Source of the DNA: Deltaproteobacteria bacterium
Lineage (GTDB): Bacteria > Desulfobacterota > GWC2-55-46 > JADFVP01
Length of the DNA: 64,000 nt
Direction of reading: 5' to 3'
Assembly (NCBI GenBank): GCA_029262515.1
Contig: JAJCZH010000020.1
Coordinates: 65,457-129,456 of the forward strand
In this document: one piece after another, positions 52,036 through 60,232 of the stretch
How the letters are laid out: each line of letters opens with the position of its first letter
Position numbering within the stretch: the first letter of the stretch is position 1
Translations under genes and position numbers: made by a program
Notes under the pieces: generated by a model
The model's database searches: none
Told to the model about the DNA's origin: nothing
What the model saw: the letters and a program-made list of their open reading frames with translations, nothing else

Positions 52036-52641
52036 TCACTTCCTGTGGCAGTACTGACAGATCTCAAGTCCTTCGGAACGGAGCCTGCGAACCGAATCCG
52101 CGCCCCAGTCATTCCTACCCTTCAACACTCCCTTTTCGTGACTATTGTGACATGTAACGCATGTGACTTTACCTGTCTCAGGGTCGAGCGGCAAGATAGT
52201 ATTAACCTCTTTCAAGGCAAGCCTCATGTTCAAGGAAATAATTTTCGTCGGCTCTACAAGATGGTCGGTCGCATAGATAAAACTCATAGCGCCGCCTATC
52301 GTATCTTTAGTGGCAGGGTGATTCTTTATCGTATGGCACTTGTAGCAGAGCTCTTTGTACTCTCCACCTACGCGAAGCTCAATATCACCCTGCCTGTCCA
52401 TACTCAAGTCCGGCACACCCTTATGGCAGACAAGACAGACACCCCAAAGAACCTCACCTTCATCATTTACCTGCTCATGAGGGTTTACTACTGTCTTTAA
52501 CGCCAAACTCCTTGCATACGGCGCAACATCGGATCTGAACTTGGGTGCAGGCTCCTCTGCGCTCATACTGCTGCCGACACCCAGCATCAGAAGCACAACG
52601 GCCAGAACAGGTATAGTAGATCTCTTTATTAATTTGCGCAT
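52036..52641 (-). CDS. Tetraheme cytochrome c
   Basis: Signal peptide; CLVCH, CYKCH, CVTCHNSH, LR....ICQYCH. Confidence 0.9.
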   Translation of the reverse strand: MRKLIKRSTIPVLAVVLLMLGVGSSMSAEEPAPKFRSDVAPYARSLALKTVVNPHEQVNDEGEVLWGVCLVCHKGVPDLSMDRQGDIELRVGGEYKELCYKCHTIKNHPATKDTIGGAMSFIYATDHLVEPTKIISLNMRLALKEVNTILPLDPETGKVTCVTCHNSHEKGVLKGRNDWGADSVRRLRSEGLEICQYCHRK

Positions 52642-52813
52642 TATTCGAATGGCCCTTTATAATAAGCACGGTAGCCTCAAAAGACTACTTAGATAGAAAA
52701 CCATAAAATCACAAAATCGACGGCCAAAGCGGAACCCAAAACAGATATATGAATTTTAACGCCCTTACCTAACCCGTAAGCAGAACCGGAGCATGCTCAA
52801 CTCAATTGAAAAA

Positions 52814-53971
52814 TCAAGGCGCAAACGCATATACTTTTCCGTCTTTAGAACTGACAAAGACTTTACCGTCGGAGACAGCCGGGCTCGACTGCACTCCCCC
52901 CCCTGTCTTGTACTTCCATAAAACATCTCCGAAAGTAGAATCGACAGCGTAGAAGTAACCGTCGTCGCAACCGACATATATAATACTGCTCGAAGTTAGC
53001 ACCGGAGTAGAGTTTATAGCTGCCGGAAGTTTGAACTCGGAGATATCTTCACCTGTACTCTTGTTAAGCACAACTATCTTGCCGCTCCTGAGCGCCTGAT
53101 ACAGTCGCCCCCTGCTGACTACGGGAGAGGAGTACGGAAGATCGTTCCCGAACGATTTTCTCCAGAGAACCTTACCGTTACTCACATCCATCGCAAAGAG
53201 TTTACGCTCGTTATTCGCAACATATAACATTTTACCGTTTACCGCAGGAGTGGCATAAACGGAAGAGGTCAGCTTTTTGTTCCAGTTACGCGCACCGCTC
53301 TTGATGCTAGTTGAATAGAGAGTACCGCTTTTACCAGCAACTATTATCGCGTCGTCAGCAAGGACAGGAGAGGCGTACATGCCTCCGTACTTAATCTTGT
53401 CACGTATCTTACGGCGCCACTTTCTCTTACCTGTCTTGGCATCTATGGCATAATACTGACCGTCGCTCGCAGCTATATAGACCATGCCGTCTTCCACAAA
53501 CGGAGAGGTAAATACCTCGACCTTCGTATCGTAACGCCATACCTCCTTACCGGTATCCGTGTTGAGCGCGTAGACCTTGCCGTCCTTCGAACCGAAGAAG
53601 ATGGAACCCTTGACGGCGGCAGGAGTGGAGAGTATCTCGCCATCGACCTCAAAACTCCAGAGCTTGGAGCCGGTTTCGGCATCGAGGGCATAAAGCTTCT
53701 TGTCGTACGACCCGATAAAAACCTTACCGTCGTAAACTATAGGAGAGGAGTAGATCGGTCCGCCGGTTGTAAAAGACCATTTTAGCTCCAGAGGAGGGCT
53801 CGGAGCATTTCGCGCATAAGAGGTCCGACCGCTGTCCTTCATAAACATCGGCCAGTCTGCACCGACCGTACCGGAAGAAGCGAAAATAAAAGAGACCGCC
53901 ACTGCAAGCATTACGATAATAGTAGGCATCATGCGCCGGGACCTGCCAAATAAACCTTTAATGGTTACCAT
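52814..53971 (-). CDS. Exported PQQ-like (BamB-type) beta-propeller protein
   Basis: DWPMF..D..RT; repeated W.F..GG.I.SSP.V.DG.V..GS.DG..YA.D..TG...W blades. Confidence 0.88.
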   Translation of the reverse strand: MVTIKGLFGRSRRMMPTIIVMLAVAVSFIFASSGTVGADWPMFMKDSGRTSYARNAPSPPLELKWSFTTGGPIYSSPIVYDGKVFIGSYDKKLYALDAETGSKLWSFEVDGEILSTPAAVKGSIFFGSKDGKVYALNTDTGKEVWRYDTKVEVFTSPFVEDGMVYIAASDGQYYAIDAKTGKRKWRRKIRDKIKYGGMYASPVLADDAIIVAGKSGTLYSTSIKSGARNWNKKLTSSVYATPAVNGKMLYVANNERKLFAMDVSNGKVLWRKSFGNDLPYSSPVVSRGRLYQALRSGKIVVLNKSTGEDISEFKLPAAINSTPVLTSSSIIYVGCDDGYFYAVDSTFGDVLWKYKTGGGVQSSPAVSDGKVFVSSKDGKVYAFAP

Positions 53972-54573
53972 TAGACCTTAAACCTCGAAATCTTTTCCTG
54001 CGCCATCTTTCTCTCAAACGCAATAGTGTCGAGCATACTCTTCAAGTCGGCTCGTGAAGGAGCCTCACCTTTTTGAGTCAACCTCAACTCGTTAAAACTT
54101 CTCTCCATCTCCAGTACCGACCACCCGACAACTTTAAAACTCTCCTCCAGGCAGCCTGCCATAGAGTTAAAAGAGTCCGGCAGGGCAGGCTGAGCGTCGC
54201 CCATATCCACACGCTCGATAAAATAACCCCTGCCGAACTTCGAAACCGATTCCTTCAACCCAGCCATCGGAGTCTCTACGCGCTTTAATAGAACACGGCC
54301 TATCAAAGCGGCAGCAATAACTATAACGGGTACGACTGTCACGGTCAATTTCCATAATATCGGCATCGCAATTTCCGAGGTCGACCGTACCCTTATATGA
54401 ATTTTATATAACTCTGCAGTGAGCTCCCTGTCAATTAAAAAATAGACGAGAATCATATTGGCAACAATACCGATGAAGACAGCAAGAGCGAAGCCAACGA
54501 CGAAGCGAGACTGCATCTTTCTGTTTATAAAGAAGTGGCGCCTTCTTAACCTTGGAAAAGTTGGTTCTACCAT
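53971..54573 (-). CDS. Two-TM HAMP/coiled-coil membrane protein without output domain (paralogue 2)
   Basis: RRRHFFINRKMQSRF, two TMs, P...L......G.G....FNSM HAMP-like segment; ATG 54573 preferred over TTG 54615. Confidence 0.7.
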   Translation of the reverse strand: MVEPTFPRLRRRHFFINRKMQSRFVVGFALAVFIGIVANMILVYFLIDRELTAELYKIHIRVRSTSEIAMPILWKLTVTVVPVIVIAAALIGRVLLKRVETPMAGLKESVSKFGRGYFIERVDMGDAQPALPDSFNSMAGCLEESFKVVGWSVLEMERSFNELRLTQKGEAPSRADLKSMLDTIAFERKMAQEKISRFKV

Positions 54574-54674
54574 AGAATCAAAACCTTCCGTAAACTCTTC
54601 CTCACCCTCAGGCAAGTAAATAATATTATACCGTTATTAAAAGCCAATTAATACCGAATTAAATAGCAACTAAC

Positions 54675-54706
54675 AAAAACAGGGCCCGAAGACGAAGCCC
54701 GACCCT
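54675..54706 (-). terminator. Possible terminator after heptaheme gene
   Basis: AGGGTCGGGCTTCGTCTTCGGGCCCT followed by GTTTTT; TATAAT at 54625-54630 follows. Confidence 0.45.
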
Positions 54707-55522
54707 TTACTTGACGTGGCAACCGAGACAAAGAGCGCTACCTTCATTGCTCATGCTCAACTCCTGACCGATATGCGAGTACGGATTGTGGCAAGTCCCG
54801 CACCCGACAACTCCGGCAAACAGCTTAATCCCCGACGGCAGTTCGTTCACCCCCCTCAAGGCGCCCATATACTTACGCTTCATCTCAAAGTAGTTCATGC
54901 CTATAGGATGGCTCAGCCCTATTGACTGAATGTTATGAATAATACTGGACGTAGAGGTAATTGCCCTGTTACCAGAGAGCGAATCGACGCCGAACTCACC
55001 GTCGTGGCAGGCCAGGCACTTTATCGATATATCGTCAAGAACCGTACCGAAATCGCCTACATTCAACCCGGTGGATAACGTAGAGCCGATGTGCGCCGAC
55101 CCGATAGAAACCTTGTGCAGCTCGGCATCTATGTCACTATGGCACAATATACAGAAACCCTCGCCGATAGCGTTCGACCTCAGGCGGTAAGCTCCGAAAC
55201 CCTGCTGATGAGCCGGATGGCACGTAACACAGGTGACCTGCCCTCTCCAGTCGAGCGGAAAAGTGCTCGGCACAATAGCGTTTACGGGCACCATATCTAC
55301 GGGATGCGAAAACTCCCTGGCACTCTCGTGACAGTCGAGGCAAAGCTCACTCTCGTCCGCGTACAATGTACCGGGTCCCTCACCCGGCCCCGGTACGGCT
55401 ATATGACAATCGAGACATAATCCATCGAAGTTATGATAATTAGTCCACTGGGAAAAGACGTACCCTGCATAAACAGCAAATCCGATAAATAGCGTTACTA
55501 TAATAATCCTGACCTTTACCAC
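54707..55522 (-). CDS. Heptaheme cytochrome c
   Basis: N-terminal hydrophobic segment; CLDCH x2, CVTCH, CILCH, CLACH, CGTCH, CLGCH. Confidence 0.9.
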   Translation of the reverse strand: MVKVRIIIVTLFIGFAVYAGYVFSQWTNYHNFDGLCLDCHIAVPGPGEGPGTLYADESELCLDCHESAREFSHPVDMVPVNAIVPSTFPLDWRGQVTCVTCHPAHQQGFGAYRLRSNAIGEGFCILCHSDIDAELHKVSIGSAHIGSTLSTGLNVGDFGTVLDDISIKCLACHDGEFGVDSLSGNRAITSTSSIIHNIQSIGLSHPIGMNYFEMKRKYMGALRGVNELPSGIKLFAGVVGCGTCHNPYSHIGQELSMSNEGSALCLGCHVK

Positions 55523-55529
55523 AGACGCC

Positions 55530-56138
55530 CTACTCTTTCAGAGTGACACTCGAGCCGACTCTCTTCAAGTTCTCTATAGCCGCCCCCAGGCCCGCCAACC
55601 GCCTATCAACCTCCTGTGCGCTCTCAGTACCCGGCTTTGTATCGAGAAGTTCGGCAACCAACGCCTCCTTAGACTCGATATCGGCCAAAGCATCGCTTGT
55701 ACTTCGAACTGTATGGTTAACAGAGCGAACCATGGTATTTATCTCCCCCGCAATAGAGACGAACTGATCACCGCCCCGAAGATAGGTATCATGGGTAAGG
55801 TCTCCTGCGCCGATCTCGTCAAAAGCTCTTTTAAGCCGAACAGCGGGTCCCGCCATCTTATGAGAGAAAAAGAGCGCAATTACCGCTATCGCAACCGTCA
55901 CTACAGCAAGAATAAAGACCGAATAGAACGAAGCGAACATCAAAGAGAAGATATTTACCTTCAAGGAGTAGATGGTATAGATAGCGGAGCGGTAGGAGCC
56001 ACCGAGGTTCTTGGCTGTTGCAAAGTAGATAAAGAGCGTAATGCTAAGCATCCCGAGTATGGTTAGCATACAGAGTTTTATGCCGAACTTTAGCTTAAAA
56101 CCTCTTTCAACCAATACGTCTTCGCTCATAAACGGCAT
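55530..56138 (-). CDS. Two-TM HAMP/coiled-coil membrane protein without output domain (paralogue 1)
   Basis: Two TMs, SHKMAGPAVRL....IGAGDLT....LRGGDQ...IA..IN.M HAMP, short coiled coil. Confidence 0.78.
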   Translation of the reverse strand: MPFMSEDVLVERGFKLKFGIKLCMLTILGMLSITLFIYFATAKNLGGSYRSAIYTIYSLKVNIFSLMFASFYSVFILAVVTVAIAVIALFFSHKMAGPAVRLKRAFDEIGAGDLTHDTYLRGGDQFVSIAGEINTMVRSVNHTVRSTSDALADIESKEALVAELLDTKPGTESAQEVDRRLAGLGAAIENLKRVGSSVTLKE

Positions 56139-56472
56139 CCTTATAAGGGTCAGTTAGCCTTGACATAACAACCTGCCCAGGTTTAAACCGAAGGGGTTAT
56201 TAGTGCTGACTCTGCCCGCCACGATATGCTTTGCTCTTTATTAATCGATAAAACCGGAACTGTTGCAGAACTTCAAGTCAGTATACTGATTATATCGGTA
56301 CCGGAAGGACTTCCTTAACCACTTTATCGACCATTTTTTATCTTGACAAACGGAAGGCGCGCTTACTATAGTAAAATAATCTAAAAAGAGAGCTCAAGAC
56401 TTTCCAAAAAGCACCGATGCTATAACAGTAGAGTGCCTGTCCAAAGCAAAAACTCGACGCTCAAAGATACAT

Positions 56473-56548
56473 GGCGGCGTACCCAAGTGGTTAAGGGAGC
56501 AGTCTGCAAAACTGCCATTCAGCGGTTCGAATCCGCTCGCCGCCTCCA
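56473..56548 (+). tRNA. tRNA-Cys (GCA)
   Basis: GGCGGCGTACCCAAGTGGTTAAGGGAGCAGTCT-GCA-AAACTGCCATTCAGCGGTTCGAATCCGCTCGCCGCCTCCA; TTGACA-18-TATAGT promoter from 56343. Confidence 0.95.
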
Positions 56549-56558
56549 AAATAAGAGA

Positions 56559-56608
56559 CCCCCTGAGAACTTCCGGCATTAGAAGTTCTCAGGGGGCCTT
56601 TCTCTTTA
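56559..56608. terminator. Terminator between tRNA-Cys and convergent malic enzyme gene
   Basis: CCCCCTGAGAACTT-ccggcattag-AAGTTCTCAGGGGG followed by T-rich tract. Confidence 0.8.
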
Positions 56609-56660
56609 TATCTATTTAACGACAGCAACAAAAGCCGTATTTACGGCTCCCGACCCATGT

Positions 56661-58091
56661 CTATTCGTCGTCGCTATCTCTCTTGGTCTCTCTTCTGGCC
56701 ACACCCGTCTCTACCGCAGCATCTACAACGGCAGTGGCAACGAGCGGAGAGACCCTGGCGTCGAAGACGCTGGGAATAACATACTCTTCGGATAGTTCAT
56801 CCTCGGTTATTACTTCGGCAATAGCGCGCGCTGCGGCAAGCTTCATCTCCCTGTTGATCTCACTGGCATTAACAACCAGAAGCCCCTTGAAAAAACCGGG
56901 AAAACAGAGCACGTTATTGATCTGGTTCTGGTAATCTGACCTGCCGGTAGCCATTATCCTCACAAACGGCTCGGCAGCAGCGGGATCGATCTCAGGGTCC
57001 GGGTTCGAAAGCGCAAAGACGATCGGGTCCTTCGCCATCTTCTTCACCCCCTCTACGCTGAGTATATTGGGCGCCGAGACCCCTATAAAGATATCCGCAC
57101 CCTCTATCACCGATGCCAGCGGCCCTTTAACCCGGCCCAGGTTTATAATCTCGGCAAGCGAAACCTTTTCGTCATTCATATTCGCCTCCCGACCTTTGTA
57201 AAGAGACCCGGCCGAATCGACACCTATTATATTCGTGGCGCCTGCATGCTCTAAAAGCCGTGCGCAGGCCACCCCTGCGGCGCCGAGTCCGGAGATCACT
57301 ATCTTCGTCTCCTCAATTTTCTTGCCGACCACTTTTAAAGAATTTATTACTCCGGCCATCACAACAACCGCAGTGCCGTGCTGGTCATCGTGAAAGACCG
57401 GAATATCGAGCCTGCGAGCCAGTTCACGCTCTATATAGAAACACCGGGGCGCGGAGATATCCTCTAAATTAATGCCGCCGAAGACTGGGGCTATCCTCAC
57501 AACGGTATCTATAATCTCGTCGGGATCCTTGGTGTCGAGGCATATAGGAAAGGCATTGACGCCGCTAAACTTCTTAAAAAGCATCGACTTACCTTCCATA
57601 ACAGGCAACGCTGCCTCGGGGCCTATGTCACCGAGACCGAGCACAGCTGAACCGTCCGTGACAATCGCTATCGTATTTTTCTTGATGGTAAGATTGTACG
57701 ACTTATTCTTGTCTTCGGCAATCTCCATACAGACGCGCGCCACACCAGGGGTATAGACCATGGAAAGGTCATCACGGGTATTGAGCGCACGTTTCGACTC
57801 TATCGTGATCTTTCCGCCAAGGTGTACGAGAAAGGTCCTGTCAGAAACGCTCAGGACCTCTAATCCGTCGAGCACTTTAAGCTCTTCGACCAGCTCGTGG
57901 CTATGCTCTACATTACCGGCATTTACCGTATAGTCCCGCGTCACATGATTCTTCTTCGCCGAAACAATATCTATGGCGCCGATATCTCCACCCGACTCTC
58001 CCAGGACGGAAGTTATCATGCCAACCATGCCAGGTCTATTCTCGGACTTTATCCTGACCGTAAAGCTGTAACTCGAACTAGGTGTTTGCAT
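56661..58091 (-). CDS. NAD(P)-dependent malic enzyme with N-terminal ACT domain
   Basis: NRPGMVG ACT-like start; YTPGVA, DGSAVLGLGDIG, PVMEGK, INLEDI, HDDQHGTA, ATGRSD.NQINN. Confidence 0.93.
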   Translation of the reverse strand: MQTPSSSYSFTVRIKSENRPGMVGMITSVLGESGGDIGAIDIVSAKKNHVTRDYTVNAGNVEHSHELVEELKVLDGLEVLSVSDRTFLVHLGGKITIESKRALNTRDDLSMVYTPGVARVCMEIAEDKNKSYNLTIKKNTIAIVTDGSAVLGLGDIGPEAALPVMEGKSMLFKKFSGVNAFPICLDTKDPDEIIDTVVRIAPVFGGINLEDISAPRCFYIERELARRLDIPVFHDDQHGTAVVVMAGVINSLKVVGKKIEETKIVISGLGAAGVACARLLEHAGATNIIGVDSAGSLYKGREANMNDEKVSLAEIINLGRVKGPLASVIEGADIFIGVSAPNILSVEGVKKMAKDPIVFALSNPDPEIDPAAAEPFVRIMATGRSDYQNQINNVLCFPGFFKGLLVVNASEINREMKLAAARAIAEVITEDELSEEYVIPSVFDARVSPLVATAVVDAAVETGVARRETKRDSDDE

Positions 58092-58271
58092 CTACCCTCT
58101 CCCGCTTCTTTTCTTCTTATTGTTAAATGACGCCCAAAATAGACAAAAACCACCGCTACGACCATACCGATTCGGTCATGCTCTACACTGTTATATTATT
58201 ATGCAAGTTTAAACTCAATAGATACTTTCAGTCACCGCCTATCTTTTGACGGAAGAAATTCCCGGCACGAC

Positions 58272-58312
58272 TTGACAAACCGGGAATCGTACCAGATACT
58301 TTATTCAGTATC
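58272..58312 (+). promoter_or_regulatory. Promoter with overlapping palindrome upstream of iscA/erpA
   Basis: TTGACA-17-GATACT; GATACT-ttattc-AGTATC inverted repeat. Confidence 0.5.
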
Positions 58313-58487
58313 GGTTATTTTACCGGGTACTTTATTAGGAAACAACAGTGACGACATAAGGCGAAAGCACAAATTGGGCTATACCCAACGCCATTACATA
58401 GAGGCAGCAGTACAAAAACTCCGTAAACGGCAGCTTACGGGGTACTAAAACAGGTTAATAAACAGAATAGTACAGGGGGATCCTTTA

Positions 58488-58808
58488 ATGATAAGTCTTA
58501 CCGAAAATGCGGCAAAACAGATACAGAAGGTACAAAACGACACAAGCGCTGCGGATTTATTTCTGCGCGTTGATGTTGTAGACGGCGGATGCAGCGGCCA
58601 TCAATACAAGCTCGGATTCGACGACCCGCACGAAGGGGATGAGCAGTTCGAGTCGTACGGAATCTCTTTAGTGATCAATGAAAGCTCGGCACAGATACTC
58701 GACGGAGTAGAGATCGATTATGTAGAAAACCTCGAAGGCTCTACCTTCACTTTTAAAAACCCGAAAGCAACCGGCGGTTGCGGTTGTGGAAAGAGCTTTA
58801 GCGTTTAG
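58488..58808 (+). CDS. A-type Fe-S carrier (IscA/ErpA/HesB family)
   Basis: ISLTENAA, GGCSG..Y, F.NP.A.GGCGCGKSF. Confidence 0.95.
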   Translation: MISLTENAAKQIQKVQNDTSAADLFLRVDVVDGGCSGHQYKLGFDDPHEGDEQFESYGISLVINESSAQILDGVEIDYVENLEGSTFTFKNPKATGGCGCGKSFSV

Positions 58809-58867
58809 CGAGCAAACATTTCCATACAACGGAAGTTAATAAATAAGAGACTACAGAAGCAACACGC

Positions 58868-58904
58868 AAAAGGGAGAACGGCTAGCAGGCCGCTCTCCCT
58901 TTTT
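58868..58904. terminator. Bidirectional terminator
   Basis: AAAAGGGAGA-ACGGC..GCCGC-TCTCCCTTTTT between convergent genes. Confidence 0.8.
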
Positions 58905-58941
58905 ACATACAAACAAAAAATGTCAGATCAGAAGCCTGACG

Positions 58942-60138
58942 TCACACCTTTGAGAGGTACTTTACAGCCGTCCACGACAGTATCTCGGCGCCTACCTTCA
59001 GAGCATCCTCATCTATATCGAACATGGAGTTATGCAGGTGCGACGTTATGCCCTTATCCCTGTTACCGGTACCGAGCCTTACAAGCGTACCCGGCACCTT
59101 TTCCGCAAAATAGGCGAAGTCTTCCGCTCCCATCAACGGCTCGGCAAGTTCTATGACATTATGCGCCCCAAGGATTTCGCGAGCAGAGTCGGCCACAAAG
59201 GCATCGACCTTTTTGCTGTTTACTACCGGCGGGGTACCGAACCAATACTCAAGCTCATAACCGCCGCCCATGCCCTCGGTAACACCCTTTATTGTCTCCT
59301 CTATCAATGAATGAATCTTCTTTCTCGCAGCCGGGTCGAGCGCCCGTACCGTACCCTCCATCTCAACATGATCGGCGATTATATTAGGTGCCATGCCTCC
59401 CTGTACCGTTCCAATAGAGATAACCCCGTGGTGAAGCGGGTCCGTACGACGGCTGACTATATGGTGTATCGCATTGACCACTAAAGAGGCGAGTAGCACA
59501 GCGTCTACGCACTGGTGCGGCCTCGAAGCATGTCCGCTTTTCCCCTTGACGACTATTCTAAACCTGTCGCTCGACGCGCTCATGATACCTGGCCTGTGCC
59601 CTACTGTTCCGACCTCCATCTCAGGAAAGCAGTGCAGTGCGACGATTGCCGATGGCACGGGGTCTTCGAGCGCACCCTCCTCTATCATAAACTTCGCTCC
59701 CGTTACTGCGCGCTCTTCAGAAGGCTGAAAAATCAGTTTTACCGAACCTGTAAGCCTCTCTCTAAACGAGTTGAGAACTATTGCGGTGCCGAGCAGCATG
59801 GTCGTATGGGCATCGTGGCCGCAGGCGTGCATAACGCCCTCGACCTTCGACGCATACTCTACCGATTTCTTGTCCTGAACCGGCAGCGCGTCCATATCCG
59901 CTCTAAAGGCTATTGTGCGCCCGGGCCGTGCTCCGTTAATAACCCCGACTACGCCGTAACCGCCGACGCCGGTGCGCAACTCTATATCGTTATCTTCCAG
60001 AATGCCCGCGACAAAAGCCGACGTCTTCTCCTCTTCTCCGGAAAGCTCCGGATAAGAGTGTATATCTCGACGGAATTTGATCAACCGCGCATGTATTGCG
60101 GTTATCGACTCTCTTATCTCTTCAATACTTACGGTCAT
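58942..60138 (-). CDS. M20D-family amidohydrolase
   Basis: RRDIHSYPELS, RADMDALP, MHACGHDAH, FQPSEE, GAEDFA, LHNSMF. Confidence 0.93.
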   Translation of the reverse strand: MTVSIEEIRESITAIHARLIKFRRDIHSYPELSGEEEKTSAFVAGILEDNDIELRTGVGGYGVVGVINGARPGRTIAFRADMDALPVQDKKSVEYASKVEGVMHACGHDAHTTMLLGTAIVLNSFRERLTGSVKLIFQPSEERAVTGAKFMIEEGALEDPVPSAIVALHCFPEMEVGTVGHRPGIMSASSDRFRIVVKGKSGHASRPHQCVDAVLLASLVVNAIHHIVSRRTDPLHHGVISIGTVQGGMAPNIIADHVEMEGTVRALDPAARKKIHSLIEETIKGVTEGMGGGYELEYWFGTPPVVNSKKVDAFVADSAREILGAHNVIELAEPLMGAEDFAYFAEKVPGTLVRLGTGNRDKGITSHLHNSMFDIDEDALKVGAEILSWTAVKYLSKV

Positions 60139-60232
60139 TTTTCGCCTATACCTCCTGTTGCCGCCGGATACGCCTTACTGAAGTGAGGCGCCTGCCCGTT
60201 AATTATACTACAACTCCAGGTTCAACGCCTCT

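Noticed and set aside
56139..56340. c-di-GMP/cGAMP (GEMM-I) riboswitch upstream of the cytochrome cluster, as often found at Geobacter omc genes
   Set aside because: No GGCAAAC...GAAA...GACGCAAAG core found by eye
43891..56548. Genomic island bounded by the two tRNA genes
   Set aside because: tRNA 3' ends point away from the block, no integrase or att duplication, and a housekeeping nucleotidyltransferase lies inside
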